Positions 9,183 through 18,900 of a DNA stretch of 64,000 nucleotides are shown piece after piece. How positions within the stretch are numbered: the first letter of the stretch is position 1; each line of letters opens with the position of its first letter. This stretch comes from an uncultured Marinilabiliaceae bacterium (GTDB lineage Bacteria > Bacteroidota > Bacteroidia > Bacteroidales > Marinilabiliaceae). The notes under the pieces were generated by a model that made no database searches, was not told where the DNA came from, and saw only the letters and a program-made list of their open reading frames with translations. The DNA lies in NCBI GenBank assembly GCA_964481855.1, contig CAYZUH010000016.1:2917-66916 (forward strand), written 5' to 3'. Made by a program: the position numbers and the translations under genes.

Positions 9183-10174
9183 TTCACGACCTCCCCAAAA
9201 CGTTTAGGTTTGCAGAATCTGTTGATAAGCGGCGTGACAAGGTTCATGAGCAGTATGGCGAACGACATCCCCTCGGGGTAGGCCCCGAAATTGCGAATCA
9301 GCACCGTAAGCACGCCTATGCCGCAGCCGAAAATAATCATCCCCTTGCGCGTCATGGGCGACGAGACGTAGTCCGTAGCCATGAAGACCGCGCCGAGCAG
9401 AGCCCCGCCTGTCAAGACGGTGAAGAGCGGCGACGCGTAGCCGTCGGGGTTGACAAAGAAGAACACCCCCTGGAGCAAAGCCATGGAGCCAATCACAGCC
9501 ACTGGGATGTGCCACGTTATGACCTTGAAAGCCAGCAGGAAGACAAAGCCAATAATCATTGCCAACGCGGAGACCTCGCCGAGGGATCCGCCGATGCCTC
9601 CAAAGAAGAGGTCGGCAGACGAGGGCAGGTCGACAATCTCGCTTACCGACTTGCCGGTCTTGAGCCCCTCTTTCAGGAGCCCGAGGGGCGTGGCCCCTGT
9701 CGAGCCGTCGACGCCGCCGGGGACAGGCCACGTCGTCATCTGAGCCGGGAAAGACATGAGCAGGAAGACGCGCCCGCCTATCGCCGGGTTGACAATGTTC
9801 TGCCCAAGACCCCCGAAAGTCATCTTGCAGACCCCAATGGCGAAAACCGCGCCGATGACGACAATCCACAGAGGCAGGTTCGACGGCAGGTTGAACGCCA
9901 GGATCAGCCCCGTGACGATTGCCGAGCCGTCGGATACGGTTGTCGGGACTTTGAGCAAGAACTTCTGAATCAGGAACTCGACCGCCACGCACGCCAAAAT
10001 TGACGTGACAATCACCATGAGCGCATCGACCCCAAAGAACCAAAGCGAAGTGGCCAACGCCGGAATGAGCGCTATGACCACGCCATACATATTGCGCCGC
10101 ACGGAGTCGCCCGAATGGACGTGCGGGGACGGCGCTATGGTCAACTTATTCATTGAGCTAATGTTTTGTTGCAA
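9179..10174 (-). CDS. rnfD: Rnf electron transport complex subunit D
   Basis: 331 aa polytopic protein containing SPHVHSGDSV. An alternative start MNKLTIAPSPH lies at 10153. Confidence 0.9.
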   Translation of the reverse strand: MQQNISSMNKLTIAPSPHVHSGDSVRRNMYGVVIALIPALATSLWFFGVDALMVIVTSILACVAVEFLIQKFLLKVPTTVSDGSAIVTGLILAFNLPSNLPLWIVVIGAVFAIGVCKMTFGGLGQNIVNPAIGGRVFLLMSFPAQMTTWPVPGGVDGSTGATPLGLLKEGLKTGKSVSEIVDLPSSADLFFGGIGGSLGEVSALAMIIGFVFLLAFKVITWHIPVAVIGSMALLQGVFFFVNPDGYASPLFTVLTGGALLGAVFMATDYVSSPMTRKGMIIFGCGIGVLTVLIRNFGAYPEGMSFAILLMNLVTPLINRFCKPKRFGEVVK

Positions 10175-10204
10175 AGAGTTTAGAGTCTGAAAAATGGAGG
10201 TTCG

Positions 10205-11578
10205 TCATTTCGCCACCTCCGCCTTGGCGGCCTCCGCCGCCTTGCGCACGGCGGCTTCCGCTCTCAGCTTAGCGCCGACGCCCGACTTCCCGAGGCGAAT
10301 GTAGTCGAGCAAAGGCCTGTTGCTGGGGCATGTGAAGACGCAACTTCCGCACTCAATGCAGTCCATTACCCTCTCGGCCCGCAAATCGTCGAGACGCTCC
10401 GCCTTGCCGAGCGAGAGCAACAGATAGGGCTCAAGCCCCATGGGGCAGACCCCGACGCACTTGGCGCACCGGATGCAGCTCAAGACGGGCTTGCGGCGCG
10501 CATCGGCGACGCTGAGCAGCGTTATGCCCGACGTCCCCTTGACCACGGGCACATCGAGCCTTGCGTAGGCGCGGCCCATCATAGGCCCGCCGCCAATCAC
10601 CTTGCCGCAATCGTCGGGCATGCCGCCCGCCGCCTCGATGAGGCTCTCGACAGGAGTGCCGATGCGCGCGAGGAAGTTGCCGGGCTGGCTCAAGGTCTTG
10701 CCCGTCACGCACACCACCCTCTCGATGAGAGGCTTGTTCTTTTGCACTGCCTCGTATATTGCGAAAGCCGTGCCAACGTTTTGCACAACCGCGCCGACGT
10801 CGATGGGCAGCCTGCCGCTCGGCACCTGCCGCCCAATGAGCGCGTCGATGAGCTGCTTCTCGCCGCCTTGCGGGTAGCGGAGCTTCAGCGGCTGGACGAC
10901 TATGCCCTCGAAGCCCTTGGCGAGCTCCGTGAGGTGGGCTATGGCGTCGGGCTTGTTGTTCTCGATGCCGATATACGCCTTGACCACACCCAGCGCCAAC
11001 ATGAGGATTTTCACCCCAACGAGAACCTCCTCGCCATGCTCAAGCATCAACCTGTGATCCGACGTGAGGTAGGGTTCGCACTCGACGCCATTGATTATCA
11101 GAGCGTCACACTTCTTGCCTGGCGGGAGCGAGAGCTTTACGTGGGCTGGGAAAGTGGCCCCCCCCATCCCGACGATGCCCATCTCCTGTATTCGCCTGAT
11201 GATGTCGGCCGGGGCCATGGAGACTTCCCTCTTGACCTCTGGCGAGCGGTCGATGGTGTCAACCCACTCGTCGCCGTCGACGGCGATTATTATTCCCCTC
11301 TTGGCATAGCCGTTGGCGTCAGTGAAGTCCTCAATCTTCTTGACCTTTCCGGAGACTGGCGAGTGGATATTGGCCGAGACGAATCCCACGGCCTGGGCCA
11401 GCAACTGCCCGACTTTGACCTCGTCTCCAACTGCCACGACCGGCAGCGCCGGCGCCCCGATGTGCTGCCCGAGCGGAATCTTGACCTCTTTTGGTATCGG
11501 GAGCTGCCTGATGGGGCTTCCCGCCGAGAGCTTAGCGTCGTCGGGATGGATGCCCCCCATTCTAAAAGTCTTCAACAC
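10205..11578 (-). CDS. rnfC: Rnf electron transport complex subunit C
   Basis: I prefer the GTG start at 11578, giving (M)LKTFRMGGIHPDDAKL; an ATG alternative lies at 11560. Two 4Fe-4S motifs are present (CIRCAKCVGVCP, CIECGSCVFTCP). The upstream 84 codons of the track ORF overlap the rnfB end and are discarded. Confidence 0.88.
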   Translation of the reverse strand: MLKTFRMGGIHPDDAKLSAGSPIRQLPIPKEVKIPLGQHIGAPALPVVAVGDEVKVGQLLAQAVGFVSANIHSPVSGKVKKIEDFTDANGYAKRGIIIAVDGDEWVDTIDRSPEVKREVSMAPADIIRRIQEMGIVGMGGATFPAHVKLSLPPGKKCDALIINGVECEPYLTSDHRLMLEHGEEVLVGVKILMLALGVVKAYIGIENNKPDAIAHLTELAKGFEGIVVQPLKLRYPQGGEKQLIDALIGRQVPSGRLPIDVGAVVQNVGTAFAIYEAVQKNKPLIERVVCVTGKTLSQPGNFLARIGTPVESLIEAAGGMPDDCGKVIGGGPMMGRAYARLDVPVVKGTSGITLLSVADARRKPVLSCIRCAKCVGVCPMGLEPYLLLSLGKAERLDDLRAERVMDCIECGSCVFTCPSNRPLLDYIRLGKSGVGAKLRAEAAVRKAAEAAKAEVAK

Positions 11579-11633
11579 GTCTTGTACTGTTATGTCGTTG
11601 TGTCTCTTTGGTTCTTCATATCGCCGCTCCCGC

Positions 11634-12533
11634 CTACTCGGCAACAGCCGCCGGCTGTGGGGCGGGCGCGGGGGCGGGCTTCTTTGCCTCGGCCGGCTTA
11701 ACTGCGGGGCGGGGCGGGAAGTTTGTCTCGTGGATGGCATGAGTGGGGCAAACCGCCACGCACTTGCGGCACGACTTGCACTTCGTGAAGTCAATATAAG
11801 ACAGGTTGTTCTCGACCGTGATGGCCCCAAACGGACACTCCTTCTCGCACTTGCGGCAACCTATGCACGCATTCTTGCAAGCCTTCATGGCGACGCCGCC
11901 CTTGTCCTTGTTGCGGCACGCCACGAAGACACGACGGCCCTTGTTGCCCTTGTTGCGCAACTCGAGCAGCGACTTGGGGCACGCCTCGACGCAACTGTTA
12001 CACGCCACGCACTTGTCTTCGTTGACCTCCGGAAGCCCCGTGGCCGGGTTCATCTTGATGGCGTCGAACCCGCAAGCGGCCACGCAATCACCGCAACCAA
12101 GGCACCCGAACGAGCAACCGGTGACACCGGCGAAATTGGCGGCAAGCACCGCGCAGCTCTTCGCGCCGTCGTAGTCGAGCAACCGGGGCCGCGCCTCGCA
12201 CGTCCCGTTGCACCGCAAGACGGCAACCCTCGGGGCCACGACCGGAGCCTCCTTGCCAAGCATTGCGGCAACTTTGGCCATGACAGGCTGGCCACCCACG
12301 GGGCAGTAGAGCTTGCCGATGTCGTCCGCCCCGACCAATGCGCAGGCCAAGCCGTGACACCCGGGGAACCCGCATCCACCACAATTGGCGCCGGGCAGAG
12401 CCTCCTCGACTTCGCCAATGCGGGGATCCTCGAAGACTTTGAACTTCTGCGAGACAAAGTAGAGAACCACGGCCGCCACAAGCCCCGTGACCGCCAATGC
12501 CGCTACCGTTATCAGAATGAATTCAACATCCAT
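11634..12533 (-). CDS. rnfB: Rnf electron transport complex subunit B (polyferredoxin)
   Basis: Start trimmed to MDVEFILITVAALAVTGLV (anchor helix). It has CGGCGFPGC and several CxxCxxCxxxCP ferredoxin motifs. Confidence 0.9.
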   Translation of the reverse strand: MDVEFILITVAALAVTGLVAAVVLYFVSQKFKVFEDPRIGEVEEALPGANCGGCGFPGCHGLACALVGADDIGKLYCPVGGQPVMAKVAAMLGKEAPVVAPRVAVLRCNGTCEARPRLLDYDGAKSCAVLAANFAGVTGCSFGCLGCGDCVAACGFDAIKMNPATGLPEVNEDKCVACNSCVEACPKSLLELRNKGNKGRRVFVACRNKDKGGVAMKACKNACIGCRKCEKECPFGAITVENNLSYIDFTKCKSCRKCVAVCPTHAIHETNFPPRPAVKPAEAKKPAPAPAPQPAAVAE

Positions 12534-12552
12534 GCCTTTCAAAAAAAATGTT

Positions 12553-12972
12553 CTATTGGTTTTTAGCTTTAAATATGAAACTCTTATCGATGCGCCCCCG
12601 CAAGAGCCACAGGGCGGCGTAGTATGGCACGAGCGTGGCCAACGCCACAAGCGCGCAACCGCCGTCTCCCAAGCCCGCCACATGGGCGCACACCAAGCCC
12701 GCCACGACAAGCAACAGTGGAATCACGTAGGCGAGGAGGACGGCCCTGACACCCATGGACCGCTCACCCACAAACGTTATGGTGTCGCCCAACACGTAGT
12801 CCCTGCCGGGGGTCGGGAAGACGTCGACAACCTTGCGCCTTTTCTCCGCAGCCGAACACAAAGACCCCGCCGCGCACTCACCGCAGGCCGCATTGCTGAC
12901 AATCTCGACCTTGAGCACCCCGACGCCGATGAAGATAATTGTGCCACTGTGCTCTATCACCTTGCCGGTCAT
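12553..12972 (-). CDS. RseC/SoxR-reducing-system family protein, first gene of the rnf operon
   Basis: 139 aa with an N-terminal CGECAAGSLC motif and two C-terminal TM helices. This is the usual position immediately upstream of rnfB. Confidence 0.75.
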   Translation of the reverse strand: MTGKVIEHSGTIIFIGVGVLKVEIVSNAACGECAAGSLCSAAEKRRKVVDVFPTPGRDYVLGDTITFVGERSMGVRAVLLAYVIPLLLVVAGLVCAHVAGLGDGGCALVALATLVPYYAALWLLRGRIDKSFIFKAKNQ

Positions 12973-13008
12973 ACACTAACTCTCTATACCGTTCTGAAAT
13001 ACTGCCCT

Positions 13009-13016
13009 CAAAAATA
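13009..13016 (-). promoter_or_regulatory. Candidate -7 promoter box TATTTTTG for the rseC-rnf operon
   Basis: TAnnTTTG match on the minus strand, 37-44 nt upstream of the ATG at 12972. Confidence 0.3.
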
Positions 13017-13705
13017 AGGTTCTTAATGCAAGTTTGCACTAAGCCGCACCAATTTGTAGGTGGTACAAATAACCTCAACAAGAGTAACCAAACATAACAG
13101 AAAGGCTATCAAGATATTACTGCAAAGAAAGAATCACCTTGAAATGCAGCAAGACCCTAAAATAAACTCATTTTGCAAACGGCAGGTGGAACTTTATGAG
13201 CAATTTGCGAATCACAGGATTGCAAAAACATCGCAATCATGCAAAACATAGATTGCAATATTGCAAAAATCGTGCTATGAGCCGTTGGCAACATACGCCG
13301 CCGACGACATGAACACGTAGGTGCAACACCTAACTACAGGCACACCGCGGCAGAATCAGAGGAAGATGCAGACTAGATTGGGGAGGTCATGCAAGTTTGC
13401 CATTGCGACTCATGCACATCAATCACACAATCAGAAGACTAGACCGAGACGCACGACGCACAAAAAGTACATCGCCTCCTATCAAAGCGAGACTGAGTGG
13501 CGTCGAGCGCCGCCACGGCCCGCCGCAAATATGGCAGATTAATTCGCCCCTTAGTCTGCGATAGCCCACATACTCTCACAGTCCTGACGAACCGACCGAC
13601 GAACCGACGTGGTTCGCCGCACCTGCCCTTTTGCCCCCACTTTGCGCGCACATCGCGACAAGCGCAGTCGTCGTCGCCTCAATTAGTGGCGGCGCTTGAC
13701 GCCCC

Positions 13706-13742
13706 AAAAAGAGAGGCGCCCCCGAATGTTCTCGGAGACGCC
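13706..13742 (-). terminator. Rho-independent terminator after the THUMP methyltransferase gene
   Basis: The minus strand reads ggcgtctccga-gaacat-tcgggggcgcc (11-bp stem with two G-U pairs) followed by TCTCTTTTT. It lies 37 nt after the stop. Confidence 0.6.
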
Positions 13743-13778
13743 AATTTTGGAAATCGCGCAGAGAGGAGCCGCCTATCC

Positions 13779-14882
13779 TCAGAAAGGATAGAGGTTGAAG
13801 AACCCGTCTCGCACTTTCAGCTCTTTCTCGGCATCGAAAGGAATCGCATCCAACGCCTCGGCATCGGTGCTATATATCCAGACGTCGTAGTCGGGGAAAT
13901 TGTGCGAAAGGTGGTAGGTCGCCTCCTTGTAGAAGTCTGGCAAGCCGCGCCTTGTCTCCTCGGGGTCCGTAGGCGGGCACGTCACTATGACCCCCTCCTG
14001 CGTCATCCGCGCCTGCTCGCGCAAGCTGCGGCGGTTTATCCGCACGTCTGTCGTGAGTTTCATCTCCAAAGTCGATGTCTTAGCGATGTCTGTGGCGTCG
14101 GTATCGATGTCAGTCCCGATGATGCTGAGACGCAGATGGTTCATCATCGCGTCTGCCTCTTTCTTCACCTTGCCCCACAGCTCCTCGTCGAAGTCTTTGA
14201 AATTCTCGAAGCAGAAAGCGTACTTGCGGTAGAACGCCGCAGGAATCTTGCGCGCCTTCATTGCCGCCTCGATACATATTGTCCCGGCCCCGCACATTGG
14301 GTCGATAAGCGTCTGCGTGGGCTTCCACCCCGAGAGGTCGACCAGTGCGGCGGCAAGAACCTCGTTCGTCACGGAGTTGAAGCCCTCTGGGCGGTAGCCG
14401 CGGCGGTCCAGCGGCGCGCCGACGGCGTCGAGGCTCACCGAGACCCTCTCGTCGTTGAGGTGGACGTTGACCATATAGTCCGGGTCGTCAGCGTTGAGGT
14501 AGACCCTCTCGCCCACGGCGTCCATCACCTCGTCCTCAATTGCCTCACGGACCTTCTGAGCCACAAAGTGCGAGTCGGGCATGGCCTGGCAGAAAGAGAC
14601 GTGGTCGAGACAGAACGTCGACCCGGGCTTGAAATACTCATGCCAATCGATGGAACGCACCTGCTTGTAGACGTCGTCCTCGTCCACGGCAGGGAACTCT
14701 TTGAGGGAGACCATGACCCTTATGGCCAAGCGCGAACGGTAGCAAATCTTGTAGAGGGTCTCCTTGTCGCCCTCACAGTTGACGACCCGCCGCTGCTGTT
14801 CGATGGAAGCGGCTCCAAGAAGCTCCAACTCGTTGGACAGCAACTCTTCGATGCCGTCAAAAGTCTTTACGATAAGTTTCAA
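13779..14882 (-). CDS. THUMP domain-containing class I SAM-dependent RNA methyltransferase (RlmL/UPF0020-like)
   Basis: 367 aa with an N-terminal THUMP-like region and SAM motif I LIDPMCGAGTICIEAA. Motif IV reads CPPT instead of N/DPPY (see findings). Confidence 0.8.
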   Translation of the reverse strand: MKLIVKTFDGIEELLSNELELLGAASIEQQRRVVNCEGDKETLYKICYRSRLAIRVMVSLKEFPAVDEDDVYKQVRSIDWHEYFKPGSTFCLDHVSFCQAMPDSHFVAQKVREAIEDEVMDAVGERVYLNADDPDYMVNVHLNDERVSVSLDAVGAPLDRRGYRPEGFNSVTNEVLAAALVDLSGWKPTQTLIDPMCGAGTICIEAAMKARKIPAAFYRKYAFCFENFKDFDEELWGKVKKEADAMMNHLRLSIIGTDIDTDATDIAKTSTLEMKLTTDVRINRRSLREQARMTQEGVIVTCPPTDPEETRRGLPDFYKEATYHLSHNFPDYDVWIYSTDAEALDAIPFDAEKELKVRDGFFNLYPF

Positions 14883-15012
14883 GAGGAAAATGATTTGGAA
14901 AAGGGAAAGGTATGATAGGACAACTCAGTATCACATCCGAAGAGCGCAACGGGCCACACCCCCGAAAGCAAAGACACGCTCATTTTACACAGCCAATTGT
15001 CGTCTACAAGCG

Positions 15013-15056
15013 AAAAAAAAGAGAAGTCACTACTTGTCGAGACAAGGAGCGACTTC
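15013..15056 (-). terminator. Rho-independent terminator after tRNA-Gly
   Basis: The minus strand reads gaagtcgctccttgtctcgacaagtagtgacttc (nested stems gaagtc/gacttc and cttgtc/gacaag) followed by TCTTTTTTTT. Confidence 0.65.
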
Positions 15057-15065
15057 CAAAAGGAG

Positions 15066-15138
15066 AGCGGTAAACGGGACTCGAACCCGCGACCCTCGGC
15101 TTGGGAAGCCAATGCTCTACCAACTGAGCTATTACCGC
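15066..15138 (-). tRNA. tRNA-Gly (anticodon CCC)
   Basis: The reverse complement reads gcggtaatagctcagttggtagagcattggcttCCCaagccgagggtcgcgggttcgagtcccgtttaccgct, a 73-nt cloverleaf with anticodon loop uuCCCaa. Confidence 0.9.
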
Positions 15139-15231
15139 ATCGAGATGCACTCGGAATTGATTTCCGACGACAAAGGTAGTAATTTTTTTCCGTCCTCCAA
15201 GCGCCGACGCAAAAAAAGTGCGCCTCCATGC

Positions 15232-15807
15232 TCATTTTTCAAAATCGAGCGGCTCTATGTCCACCCCGGCATAGTGCGCGGAGGCAGAGGCGGAATCCGG
15301 CTCGTCGGTCTCGACGTACTTAGGCGAGGCCCCCCACCTGTTGGCCCGCACCTCGCTGTCGGCACAACACATGACGACGAGCACGACGCCGTATACCGCG
15401 AAGAACAGGGTCGCCAGGATGAACTTGACGACATATGGCGCAAGAGCCTCCGCCATGTCGTCTCGCGCCGAGGGGGGAGTCCGAAGCCCCGCGCCCCCGG
15501 GCGCTGTGGCCACTATGATTGAGACGAAGCCATAGACAAGCGCCACGACAACGAGAACCTTCATGATGAGGAAGACGCCATACCACCACCCGCTCCGCCC
15601 CGAGTCGTGGAGACGGCGGACCATCAGAGGAATGGTGAGCAGATTGATGATGGGCGCCACGAACGGGACAAACACATCCAAAATCACCACCAGGAGTTGC
15701 ACCCACCAGAACTCCGACCTGCGCGAGCGGCCTTTGAAACAAAAGAGCCGCCCTCCCCATGCGGAGACGGCCTGCGAGAACGTGAGCGAGGGCGTTGCTT
15801 GAACCAT
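15232..15807 (-). CDS. DUF805 domain-containing membrane protein
   Basis: 191 aa. GRSRRSEFWW...RRLHDSGRSGWW...ANRWG are hallmark DUF805 (YhaH-like) motifs. Confidence 0.75.
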   Translation of the reverse strand: MVQATPSLTFSQAVSAWGGRLFCFKGRSRRSEFWWVQLLVVILDVFVPFVAPIINLLTIPLMVRRLHDSGRSGWWYGVFLIMKVLVVVALVYGFVSIIVATAPGGAGLRTPPSARDDMAEALAPYVVKFILATLFFAVYGVVLVVMCCADSEVRANRWGASPKYVETDEPDSASASAHYAGVDIEPLDFEK

Positions 15808-15861
15808 TGCATAAAACTTTTAGAACATTGCGGGAGAGCAAAAGTAGCGACAAATCGAGAC

Positions 15862-15901
15862 AAAAAGAGAAGCCCCCCCGAGATTCTTCTCTCGGAGGGG
15901 C
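15862..15901 (-). terminator. Rho-independent terminator after nifJ
   Basis: The minus strand reads gcccctccgaga-gaagaa-tctcgggggggc followed by TTCTCTTTTT. It starts 19 nt after the stop at 15920. Confidence 0.6.
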
Positions 15902-15919
15902 AAAAAGATATGGCCAAGA

Positions 15920-18900
15920 CTAAATCTCTTGCGAGTAGTCGATGCGGCTCATGCGCACGTAGGTGGCGTAGCGGTCTTGCGCCGCCTTTTTCGTCGCCTC
16001 GTAGAGTTCGTCGGCCGCAGCCGGCTGCGCCTTGCGAAGCGAGAGGAAGCGCACCTCGCCGTCGAGGTACTCCTGGAACTTGTCCCAATCGGGCTTCTTG
16101 GAGTCGAGCACGAACGGATTCTTGCCCTGCTCTGCAAGCCTGGGGTCGAAGCGCCACAGATGCCAGTAGCCGCACTCGACGGCCTTCTGCTCCTCGGCCT
16201 GGCTCTTGCCCATGCCACCCTTGGCCTTGAGGCCGTGGGCGATGCACGGCGCGTAGGCGATGATGAGCGACGGGCCCGGATAGGCCTCGGCCTCGCGTAT
16301 TGCCTTCAGGCACTGCGCGTTGTCGGCGCCCATGGCTATCTGCGCCACATAGACGTAGCCGTAGGTGGCCTGCATCAGCCCGAGGTCTTTCTTCTTGATC
16401 CTCTTGCCCGCCGCGGCGAAGTGGGCCACAGCCGCGATAGGCGTTGCCTTGGAGCTCTGCCCGCCCGTGTTGGAGTAGACCTCGGTGTCGAGTACGAGGA
16501 CGTTGACATCCTCGCCCGACGCCAGGACGTGGTCGAGACCGCCATAGCCAATGTCGTAGGAGGCGCCGTCGCCACCGATAATCCACTGGCTGCGCTTGAC
16601 GAGATAGTGCGACAGCTCGTCGAGCTGCTTGCAGACGGGGCAGCCGGCCTCGGCGCTCTTCTTAATCTCGGGGATGAGCTTCGCGGCCGCCTTGCGGCTG
16701 CCCTCGGCGTCGTTCTGGTTCTCAATCCACTCGCGGGCCGCGGCCTTGTAGTCGTCGGAGGTCTTGTCGGAGGCGATCATCTGCTCCAGCAGGCGCTGGA
16801 TGCGCTCCTTCATCTTCTTGTTGGCCATGACCATTCCCATGCCGAACTCGCCAAAGTCCTCGAAGAGGCTGTTGGCCCATGCGGGGCCCTGGCCTTTCTC
16901 GTTCTTGGTGTAGGGCGTCGAGGGGATCGAGCCGGAGTAGATGGACGAGCACCCGGTGGCGTTGGAGACCATCTGCCTGTCGCCAAAGAGCTGCGCGATG
17001 AGCTTGACGTATGGCGTCTCGCCGCAGCCGGAGCATGCGCCGCTGAACTCGAAGAGCGGCGTGGCGAACTGCGAGTTCTTGGGGTTGGCCTTGATGTCGA
17101 CAAGGTCCTGCTTGGTCTTGACGTCCTTGACGAGCTTGTCCCAATTGGCGGCCTCGTGCATCTCCCCCTCAAGCGGCATCATGACGAGCGCCTTCTCCTT
17201 TGCGGGGCAGACATCGACACAGTTGCCGCAACCGAGGCAGTCGAGGACGCCGACCTGCATGCGGAAGTGCATCCCCTTCATCGCCGCCGGCGCCTTCATG
17301 GTGACGGTGGGAGCCTCGAAGCCCTGCGCCTCGGCGTCGTCGAGGACGAACGGGCGTATGCAGCTGTGGGGGCAGACGTATGCGCACTTGTTGCACTGGA
17401 TGCAGTTCTCGGACTTCCATCGCGGGACGAACGGGGCCACGCCTCGCTTCTCGTAGGCCGCGGTGCCCTGCTCCCAGGTGCCGTCCTCGATGCCTTTGTA
17501 GGCCGAGACGGGCAGCAGGTCGCCGTTCTGCGCATTGATGGGACGGACGAGCTTCGAGATGTATTCGGGCTCGTTGCGCACCACCTCCTCGTCGTCGGGC
17601 AGGTTTGCCCACGCCGGGTCGACGGGCAGGGTCTTATATTCGCCACCACGGTCGACGGCGGCGTAGTTCTTGTCGACCACGTCCTGGCCCTTCTTGCCGT
17701 AGCTCTTGACGATGAACTTCTTCATCTGCTCGACAGCCAGGTCGACAGGGATGACCTCTGTGATGCGGAAGAAAGCCGACTGGAGAATGGTGTTGGTGCG
17801 GTTCCCGAGCCCGATCTCCTGCGCAATCTTGGTCGCGTTGATGTAGTAGACCGTTATGTTGTTCTTGGCAAAATATTTCTTTATGCCGTTGGGGATGTTC
17901 TTTACGAGCTCGTCGCCCTCCCAAATGGTGTTGAGCAGGAAAGAGCCGTTCTTCTGGAGGCCGCGGATGACGTCGTACATATGGAGGTAGGCGTGGACGT
18001 GGCATGCGACGAAGTTCGGGGTCTTGACCTGGTAGGTGGAGCGAATCGGGTTGTCGCCGAAGCGCAGGTGCGAGCAGGTGAATCCGCCCGACTTCTTGGA
18101 GTCGTAGGAGAAGTAGGCCTGGCAGTGCTTGTCGGTGTTGTCTCCGATAATCTTGACGGAGTTCTTGTTGGCGCCCACAGTGCCGTCGGCTCCGAGGCCG
18201 AAGAACTTGGCCTCGAACATTCCCTCTCCGCCCATCGGGACTTCCTCCTTGGCGGGGAGCGACGTGAATGTGAGGTCGTCGTTGATGCCGAGCGTGAAAT
18301 GGTCCTTGGGGGTCGGCAGCTTGAGGTTGTCGTAGACCGACGTAATCATTGTCGGGGTGGTGTCTGCCGAGCCGAGGCCGTAGCGCCCGCCGACAATCAC
18401 GGGAGCGTCGGGCTTGCCGTAGTATGCGTCGCGCACGTCGAGATAGAGCGGCTCGCCGTTGGCGCCTGGCTCCTTGGTGCGGTCGAGGACGGCAATGGCC
18501 TTAACAGTCTTGGGGACTGCGGCCAGCAGACGCTCGACGGAGAAAGGCCGGTAGAGGTGGACGCTGACCATGCCGACCTTCTCGCCTTGCTTGGTCATGA
18601 AGTCGATGGCCTCGCGCGCGGCCTCGGTGGCCGACCCCATGAGGATGATGACGCGGTCGGCGTCGGGGGCGCCATAATAGACGAACGGCTTGTATTCGCG
18701 GCCCGTAATCTTGCTAATCTCGGCCATGTACTGCTCGACGACATCGGGCACGGCGTCATAGAAGCGATTGCTGCTCTCGCGGTGCGCGAAGAACGTCTCC
18801 GGGTTCTCGGCCATGCCCTTGGCCTGCGGCCTCTCGGGGGTCAGCGCCCTGTCGCGGAACTCCTGCAGCGCCTTTTGGTCGAGAAGCGGACGGAGGTCCT

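Noticed and set aside
13060-13651. Three small ORFs (63, 73 and 70 aa) in the large intergenic gap
   Set aside because: Their compositions are basic and low-complexity, I recognise no motifs, they overlap each other on both strands, and their codon usage differs from neighbouring genes.
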